DNA from: Lama glama
Taxonomy: Eukaryota
DNA: 64,000 nucleotides
Assembly: GCA_028534125.1 (NCBI GenBank)
Contig: CM052817.1
Span: 7,380,001-7,444,000, forward strand
Direction: 5' to 3'
A program made the position numbers and the translations under genes. This document shows positions 44,706 to 58,262 of this stretch, in pieces (within the stretch, counting starts at the first letter, position 1; each line of letters opens with the position of its first letter). The notes under the pieces were generated by a model, which was not told the origin of the DNA, ran no database searches, and saw nothing but the letters and a program-made list of their open reading frames with translations.

Positions 44706-47700
44706 ACAAATTTTACAGATATAAAAATTAAAGTGTAAATAGGATATTTCATAACTTTCAATGTAATTGATAAAACTCTTTTGCAGGTAATTAGACTATT
44801 TCCCAAGAGTAATAAAATGTTTTAAATAAACTTCAAAAGATAAATACCACTTTAAAGAATTTACCGTTAAAAAGTCCAAGATGAAAAAAATCCAAGATAT
44901 AAGCAAAATATCCTAAAATTATGAATATTTCTGTTTTCATATATTAGCAATATTTTTTAAAAGGAAACCACCTGTTTAAAAAAAGGAGATGATTGAACAC
45001 ATTTTATCAAACTAATAACTGTAAAATAATATTTTAAAGGACATTAGGTGATTTAGACAAATTCAAATAATATGGTAGGGAAGAGTAAAATAATGTATAT
45101 AATATGATATAAATTTTGTGTTATAAATATGAGTAAAAATTAAAAAATAAAAATTGGTTATAAAGAGAAAAAATTGAGATGAATATAAGAAAAAATGATA
45201 GCATATTCACAGTGAAATTATAAGTATTTAAAATTTTTCATATTTATATTTCCAGTATTTTTACAAATTTGGATAATTTGAATAAAATGTTATAAGTGCT
45301 TTAATGTAACTTACCATTATAAGAATGTAATAATATCTAATCATGAGCACACGATGTATTACCTATTGTTTTATTTTAAGTCTACAAAGATATTTCTGTC
45401 ATCAGCCTTACATAACTCAAACTGTGTTCCACTTAATGGCCCATCTTTGAGTAATCTTATATTTCTAGTGTAGCACTCTGCCTACTGCCACGGCAGTAGT
45501 AAAAGTTTCATGTGTCTTCCACGTTTTATGAAGAAACATTTTCCTAAGGGAGTTATTGCTCACACTTTGAGAAATACCTTTCAATGATAAACTCACACTT
45601 AGGGAATAAATATAAACTGAAAGGCTAGAAATTGGTGTGTATGCTGGCCACCGATACTTAACCACATTAACTCCTCTGATCCTTCCACTTTGTATGGCTC
45701 CAAAATCATTTCAGTGAGCAACAGAGGTCCTTTTCCCATCCTTCCTTCCAAAAATAATGATTATATTACTGATATGTGACAAGCAACATTAGTTGTTAAT
45801 AAAACAAAATAGAACTTACGTCCTGCCTTTAAAAGAGAGACAAGCGCACAATGCAGATACTGTACGGTAAGTGGAAAACACAGGTTCCAACAAGATGCTT
45901 GTTATCAGAGCACAGACACCTAAGCAGATTTGGGTGTGGAGGTGGTGGGGGGTCAGGAACTCTTCTCTGAGAATGTGCTACCTTAGCAAAAGCGTGAACA
46001 AACAGTTGGAATTAGATGAAGAAAGATTATAAAGAGAAGAGACTGTGCAGAGATAAGACTGGTAAAGAGGCTCAGGTGAGAGATGCCATGCCTGTGCGGT
46101 GTTCAGGAGAGGAAAAGGAGGGTGCACATCAGGACGGCACACCAGGTGCCAGGGGTGGGAAGACATCCACCCCAACTCAGGCGATAAAAGCACACGTTCT
46201 GATGAATGTTAGCATAAAGGAACGCTGCAGTTATTACTGAGTTCTAGTAGCATATAGGCGAGATTCAAATTGGTACACATTTGATATTTATTCTTTAATA
46301 AACATTGTATTTCTTATAGAAAGTTAATTTGTACATCTCCACTTAATTCCGTCAGCCCCTGACATACACAGTTGCTGGTAGACATGTTCTATTTGAGAAT
46401 GAGGACACGAGTGAGTTCCCAAGGATGCTGACTAGTTCAGGCTCACCGGGGGGACTTCAGGTCTCCAGCCCTTTGGCGTGTCCTATTTCTGCACTGAAAG
46501 GGTGTGTTCAAAATAAACAATGACAGCACACTGATCCTAAAATGGAAGAAACACCACTTGAGTTTCTTCAGTCCTCTAATTCTGTATGAAAATTCAGGAT
46601 ATTTATTTGTGTTTTAAACAGTAAAACACCATGTGAAGTGTCATCTTTTTATTTGGGAAACGCAAGTTTTGGTTCATACAGAAAATTATTTTGCTGAATG
46701 TAAACAATATCTTTATCATTGAAATATGTTCTTTTAAAATTGGGCATGATTTGTTTTCAAAGTAACAAAAAAGAAAAGAATGATTGTTAGAATTGTTTAT
46801 TACTGAAAATAATTCAGTTGCCTAGAGGAAATGTGACGTTAAAAATGACATCTGAGAAGCAAGTCAGTGAAAACAGCAAGAGCAAGGACTTGCAAAATTT
46901 AGTTTTCCATAAAGGCAACAAATAACTGGCATAAATTTTCAGAGTCAAATTTTTCAGGATTCTGGAAATTAACCAAAAGCTTGCAAAAATTCAAGATTTT
47001 TTAATTTAAAGAAAAATGGTGTATTCTTGGTAAAAACTGTGAAATTTGTGGTGTCCTAACTTTCCCTACTCCATTCTCCTGCTCTTCAGTTCTGTGATGA
47101 CCTTATAAATCAACATCTTGCCATCACAGTTAAAACCAGCAACCTGACAGCGTCCAGAGGTGGTAAAATAAGGTTAGATGTCCTTCAAAACCTTGTTCTC
47201 AGAGTACTCACATTATTTGACCTGTCTAGTATTTCCCTGGAAGTCCCAAGTGAAACATTGTCCTTACATGACTTTACTCAGAGGTTGCCCAGTATGAAAA
47301 ATCTTTTCTTTGGTCTGTCAAAAACAGTTATAGGAAAATTTTTAGTTTTGCAGCTTCCTGAGACAGTGGATAACAGTTGGGTCAATAAACTAATCAAAAC
47401 ACTTAATTAAACAGCTGGAGAATGAGCTGTGCATGGTGCCTTGAAAAGCTTCATTGTATTCCTGGTAATGCCTTTTACATGTGTAGGGCTGAGTATATGC
47501 CCAGATATTTGCACATACTCTTCTGAAAAGGTTCTAACTTCCATCCTTGCCTAAGTTTGAAGGTCTGCAGAAGTAAGAAGTGAATTAGAAGGCAAAGGTG
47601 TCAATTGTCTATCTGAGTGTTTAAAGTATACACAGCATGCATACAGAGCCCTTCGGCAAAGACTGGGAGACTTATTGGTTACAGGGATTCAAGAAAATCT

Positions 47701-47896
47701 GCGTACAAACATTAGCTAACTCTTAGTTAACAGAACGGCAATTTCAGTGGTCACACACAACAAAGAAAACAGATTTTAAAGAATTAGTTCAGAAAAGTCA
47801 CTAAACCAACAAAAAAACAAACAGTACCAACAACAAATCTTGGGAGGAGAAGAGAGGTTGATTTACAGAATTGCTGCTTTATATTATTTATCTGAG

Positions 47897-48866
47897 CTTT
47901 CTTTTTTTGTTGAAATATAATAGATTCACAATGTTATGTTAATTTCTAGCATACAGCATAGTAATTCAGTTGAACGTATATAAATATATTCCTTTTCATT
48001 ATAGGCTATTGCAAGGTATTGAATATATTTCCATGCTACGCAGTAGGACCTTGTTTTTTTATTTTATGTATGATAGTTAGTATATGCAAATTCTGAACTC
48101 TCAATTTATCCCTCCCGACCCCATTTCCCCCCTGGTAACCATAAGTTTATTTCTACGTCTCTGAGTCTGTCTCCATTTTGTAAATAAGTTCATTTATGTC
48201 CTTTTTTAAATTCCACATATAAATGATATAATATGGTACTTTTATTTCTCTTTCTGACTTACTTCCTTAGTATGACAATCTCCAGGTCCATTCGTGTTGC
48301 TGAAAATGGCATTATTTTATTCTTTTTATGGCTGAGTAGTAGTCCACTGTATATATAACACAACTCTTCTTTATCCAATCATCTGTCAATAGACATTTCA
48401 TTTGCTTCCATGTCTTGGCTATTGTAAATAGTGCTGCTATGAACATTGAGGGACATGTATCTTGACAACGTAGTTTTTCTTCTGGATATATGCCCAAGAG
48501 TGAGATTGCTGGATCATATGGTAAGTCTGCTTTTAGATTTTAAAGGAATATCCATACTATTTTCCATAATGGCTGCACCAAACTACATTCCCACCAACAG
48601 TGTAGGAGGGTTCCCTTTTCTCCACACCCTCTCCAGCATTTATTGTTTGTGCACTGTTTAATGATGACCATTTTGACCAGTGTGAGGTAATATCTCATTG
48701 GAGCTTTGATTGGCATTTCTCTGATAATTAGCAACATTGAGCATTTTTTCATGTGCCTATTGGCCATCTGTATGTCTTCACTAAAGAAATGTTTGTAAGG
48801 TCTTCTATCCAGGTTTTGACTAGGTTGTTTGCTTTTTTGTTTATTTGTTTGTTATTCAGTTGTATG
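47897..48866 (-). mobile_element. 5'-truncated cetartiodactyl-type L1 nested antisense in the old L1
   Basis: Minus-strand ORFs give L1 ORF2 C-terminal motifs [18 protein letters not shown] and MFIAALFTIAKTWKQ; imperfect TSD gctttatattattt / gcattatattgttt. Confidence 0.92.
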
Positions 48867-50043
48867 GCATTATATTGTTTTAAACATTTGTTTTGAACAA
48901 AAATATGAAATATTCAAAGAAACAACAACGAAGTATATAGCCCATACACAAGAAAAAGTAAAAAAATCAATAGAAACTGTACCTGAGGAAGTCCAGGTAT
49001 GAGACTCACTAGACAGGATTGAAAAGTAGGCTATTTTAAATATTTTCTAAGAACAACATGTAAACTTATCTAAAAAACTAGAGCATAGTATAAGAATGAT
49101 GTTTCACTAAATAGAGAATATAAATAAGGAAATAGAAATTAGTAAGAACAAACAAACAAATAGGCATTCTGAAGTTGAAAAGTATAATAACTGAAATGAA
49201 AAAAAGTCCTTAGGGGAGTTCTACAGCATATTTCTGCAGGCAAAAGAAAGACTCTGCAAACATGAAGATGATTATATTGGGATTATTCATTCTAAAGAAC
49301 AAAAAGGAAGTAAAAATAAAGAGAAATAAAGAGACATAGAAATTGTCAGACACAATCAAGCATATCACATGTACATAAGGGAATCTTAGAGTCCCACAGG
49401 AGATGAGAAACCAAAAGAGAAATAATACTATTTGAAGAAATAAAGGCCAACAACTTCCCAAACTTGATGAAAAGCTTAAATCTACAAATGCAGACATTTC
49501 AACGAAATTCAAGTAAGATAAACCGATAGAAATCCACACCTAGACACATCATAATCAAATAGATGAATCAAGGACAAGGAGAATTTGGAAAGCAGCAGGA
49601 GAAAAGTGACTTACCATGTTCAAGGACTCCCCAGTAAGATTAACTGATTTCTTTAAAAGTATGGAGGTCAGAGATGGCATTGCAAGTGCTGAAAGAACAT
49701 GAAGAATATTTTTCAGGATAGACCACATATTAGCCCATAAAACAAGCATCAATAACTTTAAAAGGATTAAAATCATACAAAGCGGATTGCTCTATTAAAA
49801 TGGTAAGAAACTAGAAATATATAAAAGATGGAAATTTAGAGAATACACAAATATGTGGAAATTTAACAACACATTCTTATGTAATCAAAAGGTCAAAGAA
49901 GAAATCACAAAAAAATTAGAAAATACACTGAAATGAATGAAACTGAAAACACATCATATCAAAATTTGTGAGCTACATTAAAAGCAGAGTTAGATGGAAA
50001 TGTATAGCTATTAATGCCTATATTAAAAATTATAAAAAGTACT

Positions 50044-50348
50044 GGTATTAGTTTGCTAGGGCTCCCATAAGAAAGGACCAAAAAGTGAGTAACTCGAACA
50101 ACAAAAATTCACTTACCAACATTCTGGAGGCTAGATGTCTCAGCTCAAGGTGTTCACAGGGTTGGTTTCTTCAAAGGCCTTTTTCCTTGGCATATAGATG
50201 GTTATCTTTTCCCTGTGTCTTCTCATGATCTTTTCTATGCCCACATCTGTGTCCAAATTTCCTTTTCTTCCAAAGACACTAGTCATATTGGATTAGGATC
50301 CACCAATAACCTCATTTTAATGGATGCCTCTTTAAAGATTCTGTCTCC
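50044..50348 (-). mobile_element. MaLR LTR (MLT1B/C-like), truncated
   Basis: gtattagtttgctagggctcccataag...ttctggaggctagatgtctcagctcaaggtg...gacactagtcatattggattaggatccac; stops abruptly at ctgtctcc. Confidence 0.85.
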
Positions 50349-51985
50349 TGGAATAGTAGAAAGACCCTGAGTTCAACTCCTTTCATGGGCACAACAAAAT
50401 TACAACTTACTTTCAGAGAAACCAGTGATGAGAAAGATCAGAACCTACCGGAAAAGACCTCTACAACTAAAGATATAAAGAAGGAACCACAAGGAGATAG
50501 GTAGGAGGAGTGGAATCACAGTACAATCAAGACCCATAACCCAGGGGGGCAGCTCACAAATGGGAGAATAACTAAAATTGCAAAGATTCTCCCCAAGAAG
50601 TGAGGAGTCTGAACCTCACAATGGGCTCTCCAGCCCAGGAGTTCTGCCCTGGGAATACAAGCCCCTAGAAAGTTGGCTTTTAAGACCAGCAAGGATTAAT
50701 TTCAAAAGAGACGGAGGGCTGTGGGAAATAGAAACTCCACTCTTAAAGGGTGCACACAAAATCATAAATGCTCTGGGACCCAAGATGGAAGCAGTAATTT
50801 GAATCAAGCCTGGTTCAGACCCATTTGCTGATCTTAGAAAGTCACCCAGAGAGGAAGGAAGCAGCTGGACTCACCCTGGGGACACAGACACTGGGGAAGC
50901 CATTTTGGGCAGTTCGGAGTTCAGTCTATGTGGACACTGTGCTAGAAAGTGCCATTTTGGAGCTCTCTTTCCAGCTTTTTAGACTCGGGACCCAGCCCTG
51001 CTCCACCTACCAGCCTATAGGCACTAGTACTGGGGCATTTCAGGTCAAGCAACTAACTAGGTGGGGACACAGCTCCACCCAGCAGCAAACCAGTTTCCTT
51101 AAGACCTCCTGATCCCACAACCACCCTTGGACATGGCCCTGCCCACCAGAGGGCCCAAGACCCAGCCCCACACACCAGTGCACAGGCACCAGATCTGGAA
51201 TCCCAAGGGCCCTGCAGCCAGAGACCCCAGAACCAACCTCCAGTGACCAATAGGCAGATACAAGTTCCAGAACCTCCTGGGCCTCAGCCTCATCCAACAG
51301 CAAACCTACTCTAACCCCAGGACCAGTCTCACTCACCAGTGGGTAGGCACCAGCCCCAGGACAACTGTAGCCCCACAGCCAGCCATAGCAGGACCCAGCC
51401 CTCCCACCAGCAAGCCTGCATCAGCCTGGGCCCATGCATCACCCACTAGCAGGTTAATGCAAGCTTTGGGACACCACAAAACCCACAGCCAGCTGTGTCA
51501 GAAACCAGCCCCACACACCAGGGTCTTGACACCAGCTCTGGATCCTTGGGGCCTTATAGCTAGACCCCAGTACCTGGCTCTGCCTGCTAGCTGGCTGACA
51601 CTAGTCCCAGAACCTGACTTCATCCACTGGTGGGAGGCACCAGCCCTGGAATCTCCTGAACCCTGACTCTGCCCACCAGTGAGCTAACATTACTTCCAGG
51701 GCCCCTCAGGGTTTTGCAGCCAGCCTCCTCGTGACCCTGCACTGCCAACCAGTGGCAAAGCAGCCTCCACACAAGGCAAGGCCAGACTGGGGGCCACCAA
51801 CTCCTACAGTAGTTCAGCTCACCACAACAAAAGAACCCATGCAGCCCACACGGGGGTCATCCCTAGAGCATATAGCTTGGGTGACCAGATGGGAGTGTGC
51901 TGCTGGAACTCAGAGGACGTCTCCTACAAAAGGCCACTTTTCCAAAGTCGGGAAACATAACCAGCCTACCAGATACATATATATC
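50349..51985 (+). mobile_element. Isolated L1 5'UTR (laurasiatherian type) with C-rich degenerate tandem subrepeats
   Basis: gaaagaccctgagttc...ctctacaactaaagatataaagaaggaaccaca...gaaactccactcttaaagggtgcacacaaaatc...aaggccacttttccaaag; recurring ccagccccacacaccag-like units at about 51000-51760. Confidence 0.8.
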
Positions 51986-52810
51986 ATTTCACCAAGACAA
52001 GGACTTTTGCTGTAAGGACTCTATTCCACTTTGTAGTGGAGGTTCTAGGAAAGTAATGATGGGTTGGAGGAAGCCATCCAAATTAAAAAGGAAGAAGTAA
52101 AACTATGTTTATTTTCAGAAGCCATTATCTTTTACAGTCCTAAGAATCTGCAAAGGAACTATTAGAGCTGAAAACATCTGCAGCAATATTGAAAATATCA
52201 GTATAAAATCAGCTATATTGCTATGCAATAGCAATCAAAACCTAAATTTTAAATTAAAAAAATTACAATAGCATGAGAAAGAATATAATAATTAGAAATA
52301 AAACAGCACAAAAGTTGCAAGAATTATACATTAAAAAGTGCAAAAATCATTGCAAGAAATTTTAAAAAGACTTAAATAAATGGAATGACATTCATATTCA
52401 TGTACTAGAATTTTTAATATTATTAAGAAATATTTAGAATATTCTTAATTCTAGAGATACTAGAATATTGAATATTATTAATAATATTTAATAGTATTAA
52501 GAGGGAAATCATTATCAAGTAGCTCCACAGATTCAGTACAACTTTTTTCAAGGTTCCTGCGGCCTTCTCAACAGAAGTTAACAAACTGATTCTCACATTC
52601 ATGTGTAAATACAAGAGAACCAGAATTGTCCAATCTCAAAAAAGAAAACTGAAGTTGCAGGATTCACATTTTGCAATTTCAAAATTTATTACAAAGCTAC
52701 AGCAATCAAGGCTGTGTGATATTTGTAGAGTATACAAATAGATATAGAGATCCGTGGAATAGAATTTAGAGTCCATACTAAACCTATACATTTAGGGTCA
52801 ATTGATTTTC

Positions 52811-53297
52811 TTTTTTTATTCTTTTTTTTTTAAATTGAACTATAGTCAGTTTACCATGTTGTGTTGATTTCTGATGTATAGCATAATAGTTTAGTCATAC
52901 ACATACATACATTTATTCCTTTTCATATTCTTTTCATTATAGATTACTGTAAGATATTGAATATATTTCCCTGTGCTATACAGTAGAAATGCTTTGTTTA
53001 TCTGTGTTATATATAGGTAGTCAGGATCTGCATATCTTGAACTTCCAATTTATCCCTTCCCACTCCTTTCCCCACTGGTAACCATAAGTTTGTTTTCTAT
53101 GTCTGTGAGTTTATTTCTGTTTTGTAAATAAGTTCATTTGTCTTTTTTTTTTTTTTTTAGATTCCACATATAAGTGATGTCATATGGTATTTTTCTTTCT
53201 CTCTCTGGCTTACTTCACTTAGAATAACAATCTCCAGGTCCATCTATGTTGCAAATGGCATGATTTTAATCTTTTATATGGCTGAGTAGTATTCCAT

Positions 53298-53331
<34 letters not shown>

Positions 53332-53510
53332 TTTGATATATATATATCAAAACATTTTAATCCAGTCATCCATCAATGGACATTTAGATTGTTTCCATGT
53401 CTTGGCTATTGTAAACAGTGCTGCTATGAACACTGGGGTACGTGCATCTTTTTGATTTAAAATCCCCTTTGGATATTTGCCCAGGAGTGGGATTGCTGGG
53501 TCATGTGGTT
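52811..53510 (-). mobile_element. 5'-truncated cetartiodactyl/camelid-type L1 with internal (TA)n at about 53298-53324
   Basis: Poly-T then aattgaactatagtcagttta...ggtaaccataagtttgttttctatgtctgtgag; the minus-strand ORF contains HDPAIPLLGKYP and VFIAALFTIAKTWKQ. Confidence 0.92.
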
Positions 53511-54379
53511 TTAGAAGAAAAAGAAAAGAAAAGGATTTGCTCCATGTGTCTAGAAATGCCATGGATACCTCCACGTGATCTGTCACATCATGTCCCAATT
53601 CACTTCCCTCTCCTCTTGTTTCATTCAGCTTTGGACTCTCAACAAACTCTCATGAGGGCTGTTGTCATTTGCTTATGGAATAACATTAGTGGATACATAG
53701 TGAATTGTCTATGGAAAAACCAAAAACAAAATTTTCTTCTGTTGGAAACATTGAGGAACTTCCAGTTGTCTAAACCATGAAACTAAGCGTGTGAAATCTT
53801 CTTTGTTGGGGACAACTTGTAGCTATGCTTCTACCTATTGTGGTCCAGGACCCTGGTTGACCACCACAAGCCAAGTTGGGCAATCCTTTTGATACTCTCA
53901 GTTCACCCTTCACTATACAATACCACGTACTCCAGCTTTTTTTAATTTTGTGAGCTTGTTGCTAATAACATTAGTTATTAACCTAAAATAAATATCACTA
54001 TAATCTAATTCATCATCATACTGAAATTTAGGATAGCAGGTTTAAATTAATTTAAGATCAGTATATTTCTGATTATAAGTGATGTTTATGAATAAAAAAA
54101 AATCTAGAAACAATTCACGTGGGACAGCACAGTCCACAAGTGGTAAAAGCATGTGGATGTGATACTCCAGGGAGAGATCTGCACCAAGTACTGAAGAAAT
54201 TTAGTTTGTAGTTGAACTGCACATCAGTTTGACAGCTGTGTGTATGGGAGGGTTGTGTGTGGTTGTGTGTGTGAGGTTATACACTCACAATAATGACTAC
54301 AGTGTACATAATTATACACTTAGAGTGGCCATAGCCACTGGCAGTGGACGAGGTTAATCATTCTGATGACTACTTTAGT

Positions 54380-54735
54380 AAGCTTTCATTAGGTTATACC
54401 GTGATAATAAATAAATCCTGTATCTCGGGGGCTTCTAGCCACAAAGGTTTATCTCTCTCCTGTATTACACGTCAGAGCTGCAGGTTGTTGTGTAACTCAC
54501 AGCCCAGCTCTAAGAACGAGCCCTTAACTCAGTTTCATGGTGAAAAGAAAACAACATCCAAACCACGTGGGCTCTTAAAGCTTCTGTTTGGTTATGACAA
54601 GGTCACCTCCATTGTCCTTCCATCGGTCACAGCAAGTCATAGGGCCACTTTTGACAAAAACGATTTGCAGGCATCTACTACACTGGAAAGAGGCACCAGA
54701 AGTCACATAGCAACACTCGGAAATGCATCTCTTAC
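54380..54735 (-). mobile_element. Old MaLR LTR (MLT1J/K-like)
   Basis: aaatcctgtatctcgggggcttctagccacaaaggtttatctct...ggctcttaaagcttctg...agcaagtcatagggcca. Confidence 0.6.
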
Positions 54736-56359
54736 AGAAGGAGAGAGAAAATCAAGAAAAGTAAAACAATTTACCATATCTATGTTATTTGTTTCCAAAA
54801 TATCCCGCCTCTCACTTACCTCTTGGCTTTTTCAGATGTTGCCCCTCTTCCTGACATCCTCCTGTGCCTTGACACCTGGCGCCTCCTATGAAGTCCTTCC
54901 AATCAAGTCCCTTAATCTGACTCTATTATAAAATTAATCATGTGCTACCATGATTTTGTATTTATTTATATGCCATTACTTCTTCCTAACTGTAGGCTGC
55001 TCAAGACTAGGACTAGAGGAATTCTCTTTGTTACATGGATTCTGAAAATGTAAGTGTTCAGTGAGTATTTGATGAATTAATGACAGAATAATCTCAAGAT
55101 TTGTTGTTAAGTTGGGCATTTTATGTCTTATTTGATGAATTCTCTTCTTTCCTCTTCCCACCTTCCCTACCTTCTTTCTAACTTTAACTAACCTTGATTG
55201 AGTGCCTTCTATTTGTTCAACAAAGTAGCATGAACATAGTAATGAATAAAGCACTGTTTGTACTATTCAGGGACCCACAGTTTACTAGGAGACAGAAATA
55301 CTTGGACAAAGAGTCAGACTGACTTTAATAAACAATGCCCAGATTGATGTTACCAACATGAACCTGGAATCTGGCAATGTCAGTATCTTACCCGCGGTTC
55401 AATGGCAGGGCTTGTCGTGTTCCAATTCAGGGAGTTTTGAATGGCATTATCTTAATTGTAGAATGTCTAAGGGAGTCCTGAACAAATTACCTTTCTGTCA
55501 AAATTCTTTGGTCATGTTTTATGGTTGACACACTAGCTTTTATTTTCAGACAGCTGTCCTTTGTGACCCATACAGGACAATCATTTCCCCATAAGTCTAT
55601 ATTTTTCTGGTTTTCAGACTGGCCTGGTGACTTGTAAACAACCCTCAGCTTACTACTGTCACAGCATTCATCCAATCACCATCATCCTCTTGACTGCAAC
55701 ATATTACAGTTATCACACATGTGTTGGTTGGTAATTAAATAATGTTATATACGAAATGTTAACAATGTGCTGCTTTCCAGAAGGGCTCATTTGATATGGT
55801 TAAAATAAAAACTAGTCATCTAAATTAAAATATTTCCAGGTTAAGAGAAGGAGGAAAAGTAAAAAATAAAAGATAAAAAAGTTTTTCTAGACAGATCAAG
55901 CTCTCTGAGAACAAAAAGTGCCTTTGAAGTAACACAGTTTTTGGGGGTAATGAAATACATACAAGTTTTGATATTCTGTTCAGAACAGACAAATCCACAA
56001 GCCACGAGGTGAAGAGCTCATTTTCACTGGTGTAACAAAGTTTGATCTTTTCCTTAAAATAGGCTTTCTCCATAATATTGGTTGACTGGGTCAACTGTCA
56101 ACTGCAGAGAGTTCCCTGATAATCCAGCACGTCATAAGCTTTTGAGGAAAGCAATGAGCTCAATTCTCTGAAGTGACTAAATCACCGTCCTGGGTGGAAA
56201 CTCCACTCTTTCCACTCCCTTTTTCATTCTTTCTGATTGTAGAAAGAATGCTGTAAAGGTTTTTCATGTCACACGTCAGAAGAAGATGTAAACAATTGCT
56301 GATTCCCAGGCAGGACGGATAAGATTGTAGGAAGCTGGTAATATCCCCAAGGAGCAACA

Positions 56360-56700
56360 TGTTAGATACTAATTGCTGCCTAACAAGTTGCCACAAATCA
56401 TGGAGGCCTGAAACAGGATGTCTTTTATCTCATACACTGTCGTGGGGGAGGCATTTGAGAGTGACTTAGCTGAATGTTTCCAGCTTATGGTCTCTTGTGA
56501 GGTTACAGTAAAGGTATTGGCCAGATTTCAGCCATCTGAAGGCTTGATTGGGGCTGGAGGAATCACTTCCAAGATGGCTCACACACCTGGATGGCAGCAC
56601 ATGCCATGTGTTGACAGGAGGTGTCAGCTCTCAGGGCTGCTGGAGTGTATTCATGGTATAGCTTTCCCCAGAGCCAGTGATTCAAGAGAAGTAAGACAGA
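56360..56700 (-). mobile_element. MaLR LTR (MLT1G/H-like)
   Basis: attgctgcctaacaagttgccacaaa...ggtctcttgtgaggttacagt...catctgaaggcttgattggggctggaggaatcacttccaagatggctcac. Confidence 0.8.
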
Positions 56701-56751
56701 TCACTCCAAAGACTATTCCTAACAAATCGTCTATGTAATTAGGATTTAGCC

Positions 56752-56970
56752 CAGAGTTTCTTAACCTCAACACTATTGACATTTTGGGCCAGATAATTAT
56801 TTGTTGTACTGGGGTTTTTCTATGCATTAAAGGATGTTTAACATCATTCCTGGCTTCCATTTATTAGATGCCAGTGACACCCTCTCTTCCTAATTGTAAC
56901 AAACAAAATCATCTCCAGGTATCACTGAATGTCTCTTAGGGGACAAAATGAGCTCCAGGAAAAACCACTG
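56752..56970 (-). mobile_element. MER20 hAT-Charlie element
   Basis: cagagtttcttaacctcaacactattgacattttgggccagataatt...tagatgccagt...aaaaaccactg. Confidence 0.88.
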
Positions 56971-58051
56971 TAACTCTTAGAATACCCAGGTTCTTAACAA
57001 ATCCTGGAAGAAGATGCAATCAGTAAAGATGACGATCGAGTTTAGAAAAAGAAAAGATGATTTTAAACCTATAAAAATGAAAAGAAAAAAATAAAAATCT
57101 TCTCTAGAATCTATACAGTTTCACTCCAGATGATAAATTGAAATCTAATATCAAATCACTACAAACACTGACTGATCACTTCCTGTTATCTGGGATAATG
57201 ATAGGTCTTAAGGATAAAAGGAGAATGAGATGTGGTGCCGGTTCTAAGGAAATTGTCCTTTTTAGTCCATTTTCTAAACTTTTCATCTTTCATCAGCCAC
57301 ACTCACCAAAAACTCATCAAAAAATAGAGTACTTTTAGTAAGAAAATGAAAGTTATTAAAGAGAAATAGTTTTCAACAATACACTTAAATGTAATATATT
57401 TTCTTTTATAGCCCAGATTTACCTCTCAATCTTTTTACTGGAAGATTTTCATACCTTACCTCAGGGATCAAAATACCACAGGGAGCTTATAAAAGCCTAT
57501 ATAATTAAATTAAAGCAAAAAATAGAAGAAAATCAGAAAGTTAAACAAAATAATTATGCTGTAACCACAAGAGAAATAAAAATAAAAAATAATGATAATA
57601 ATGACAGTGTTACCAAAGCCAGGGAAAGATAAAGGATTTAAATATAACAGATATAATGTCTTAATTGATTACTAAATACAGGCTCAGATTTTATTTGAAG
57701 CTTCCTAAATGCTACAGCAAAATGGAAGGTATGCCCGTCATTTTTAATTTCACAGAAATATTTACTCTGTGTAATTACCATTAGTGATTTCTCTCCTCTT
57801 TCCCCTTCAAACTACCAGTAAACAGTTGAATTAAAGTAAAAGGGAGGAAATTAGTTTTCTGAGTTAAATATTGATGATGGTAAAGAATATAATTTGGGTT
57901 AGTGCACTGGTTTGCAACTTAGTTGGGTTTGAACTCAAGGTAAATATTAAAAACAATCTTTAGAATTGGAAACATGTCTACTTTTCTATGACAAGGATTG
58001 ATGGCAGAGAAGTTTACAGTTAAAGTTTTATTAGAGTGAACTGTGAAAATA

Positions 58052-58262
58052 AGACAGATTAGTGATTGCTAAGAGCTAGGGAGAGGGGAGAATGGAGAAT
58101 GACGCTACTGGGTATAAGATTTCTTTTGGGAGTGATGAAAATGTTCTAGAATTAATGGTGATAGTTGTGCAACTTTGTGAATACATTACAAACTACTGAA
58201 TTACATACTTTAAAAGGGTGAATTTCATGGTATGTGAAATATATTCTAATTTTTAAAATTAA
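58052..58262 (+). mobile_element. L1MB/MC 3' end fragment
   Basis: agattagtgattgc...tttcttttgggagtgatgaaaatgttctagaatt...tgcaactttgtgaata...tactttaaaagggtgaatttcatggtatgtgaa. Confidence 0.85.

Larger units (their letters stand above)
46845..52810 (+). mobile_element. Ancient L1M element in pieces (5'UTR ~46845-47890, ORF1 ~48880-49700, ORF2 remnants ~49705-50035 and ~52075-52810) with internal deletions and nested insertions
   Basis: Collinear sense L1 motifs: ggattctggaaattaaccaaaagcttgca; aatcaatagaaactgtacctgaggaag; aaatccacacctagacacatcataatcaaa; ggatagaccacatattagcccataaaacaagc; tttattacaaagctacagcaatcaag. Confidence 0.8.

Noticed and set aside
48312..48767. ORFs with protein-like motifs ([32 protein letters not shown])
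   Set aside because: These are broken L1 ORF2 C-terminal fragments in a truncated copy, not a host gene; the same applies to 29573-29767 and 53347-53598.
54344..54931. 195-aa ORF, the longest gap-free one
   Set aside because: Non-ATG start, overlaps a decayed MLT1 LTR, and has no recognisable domain.
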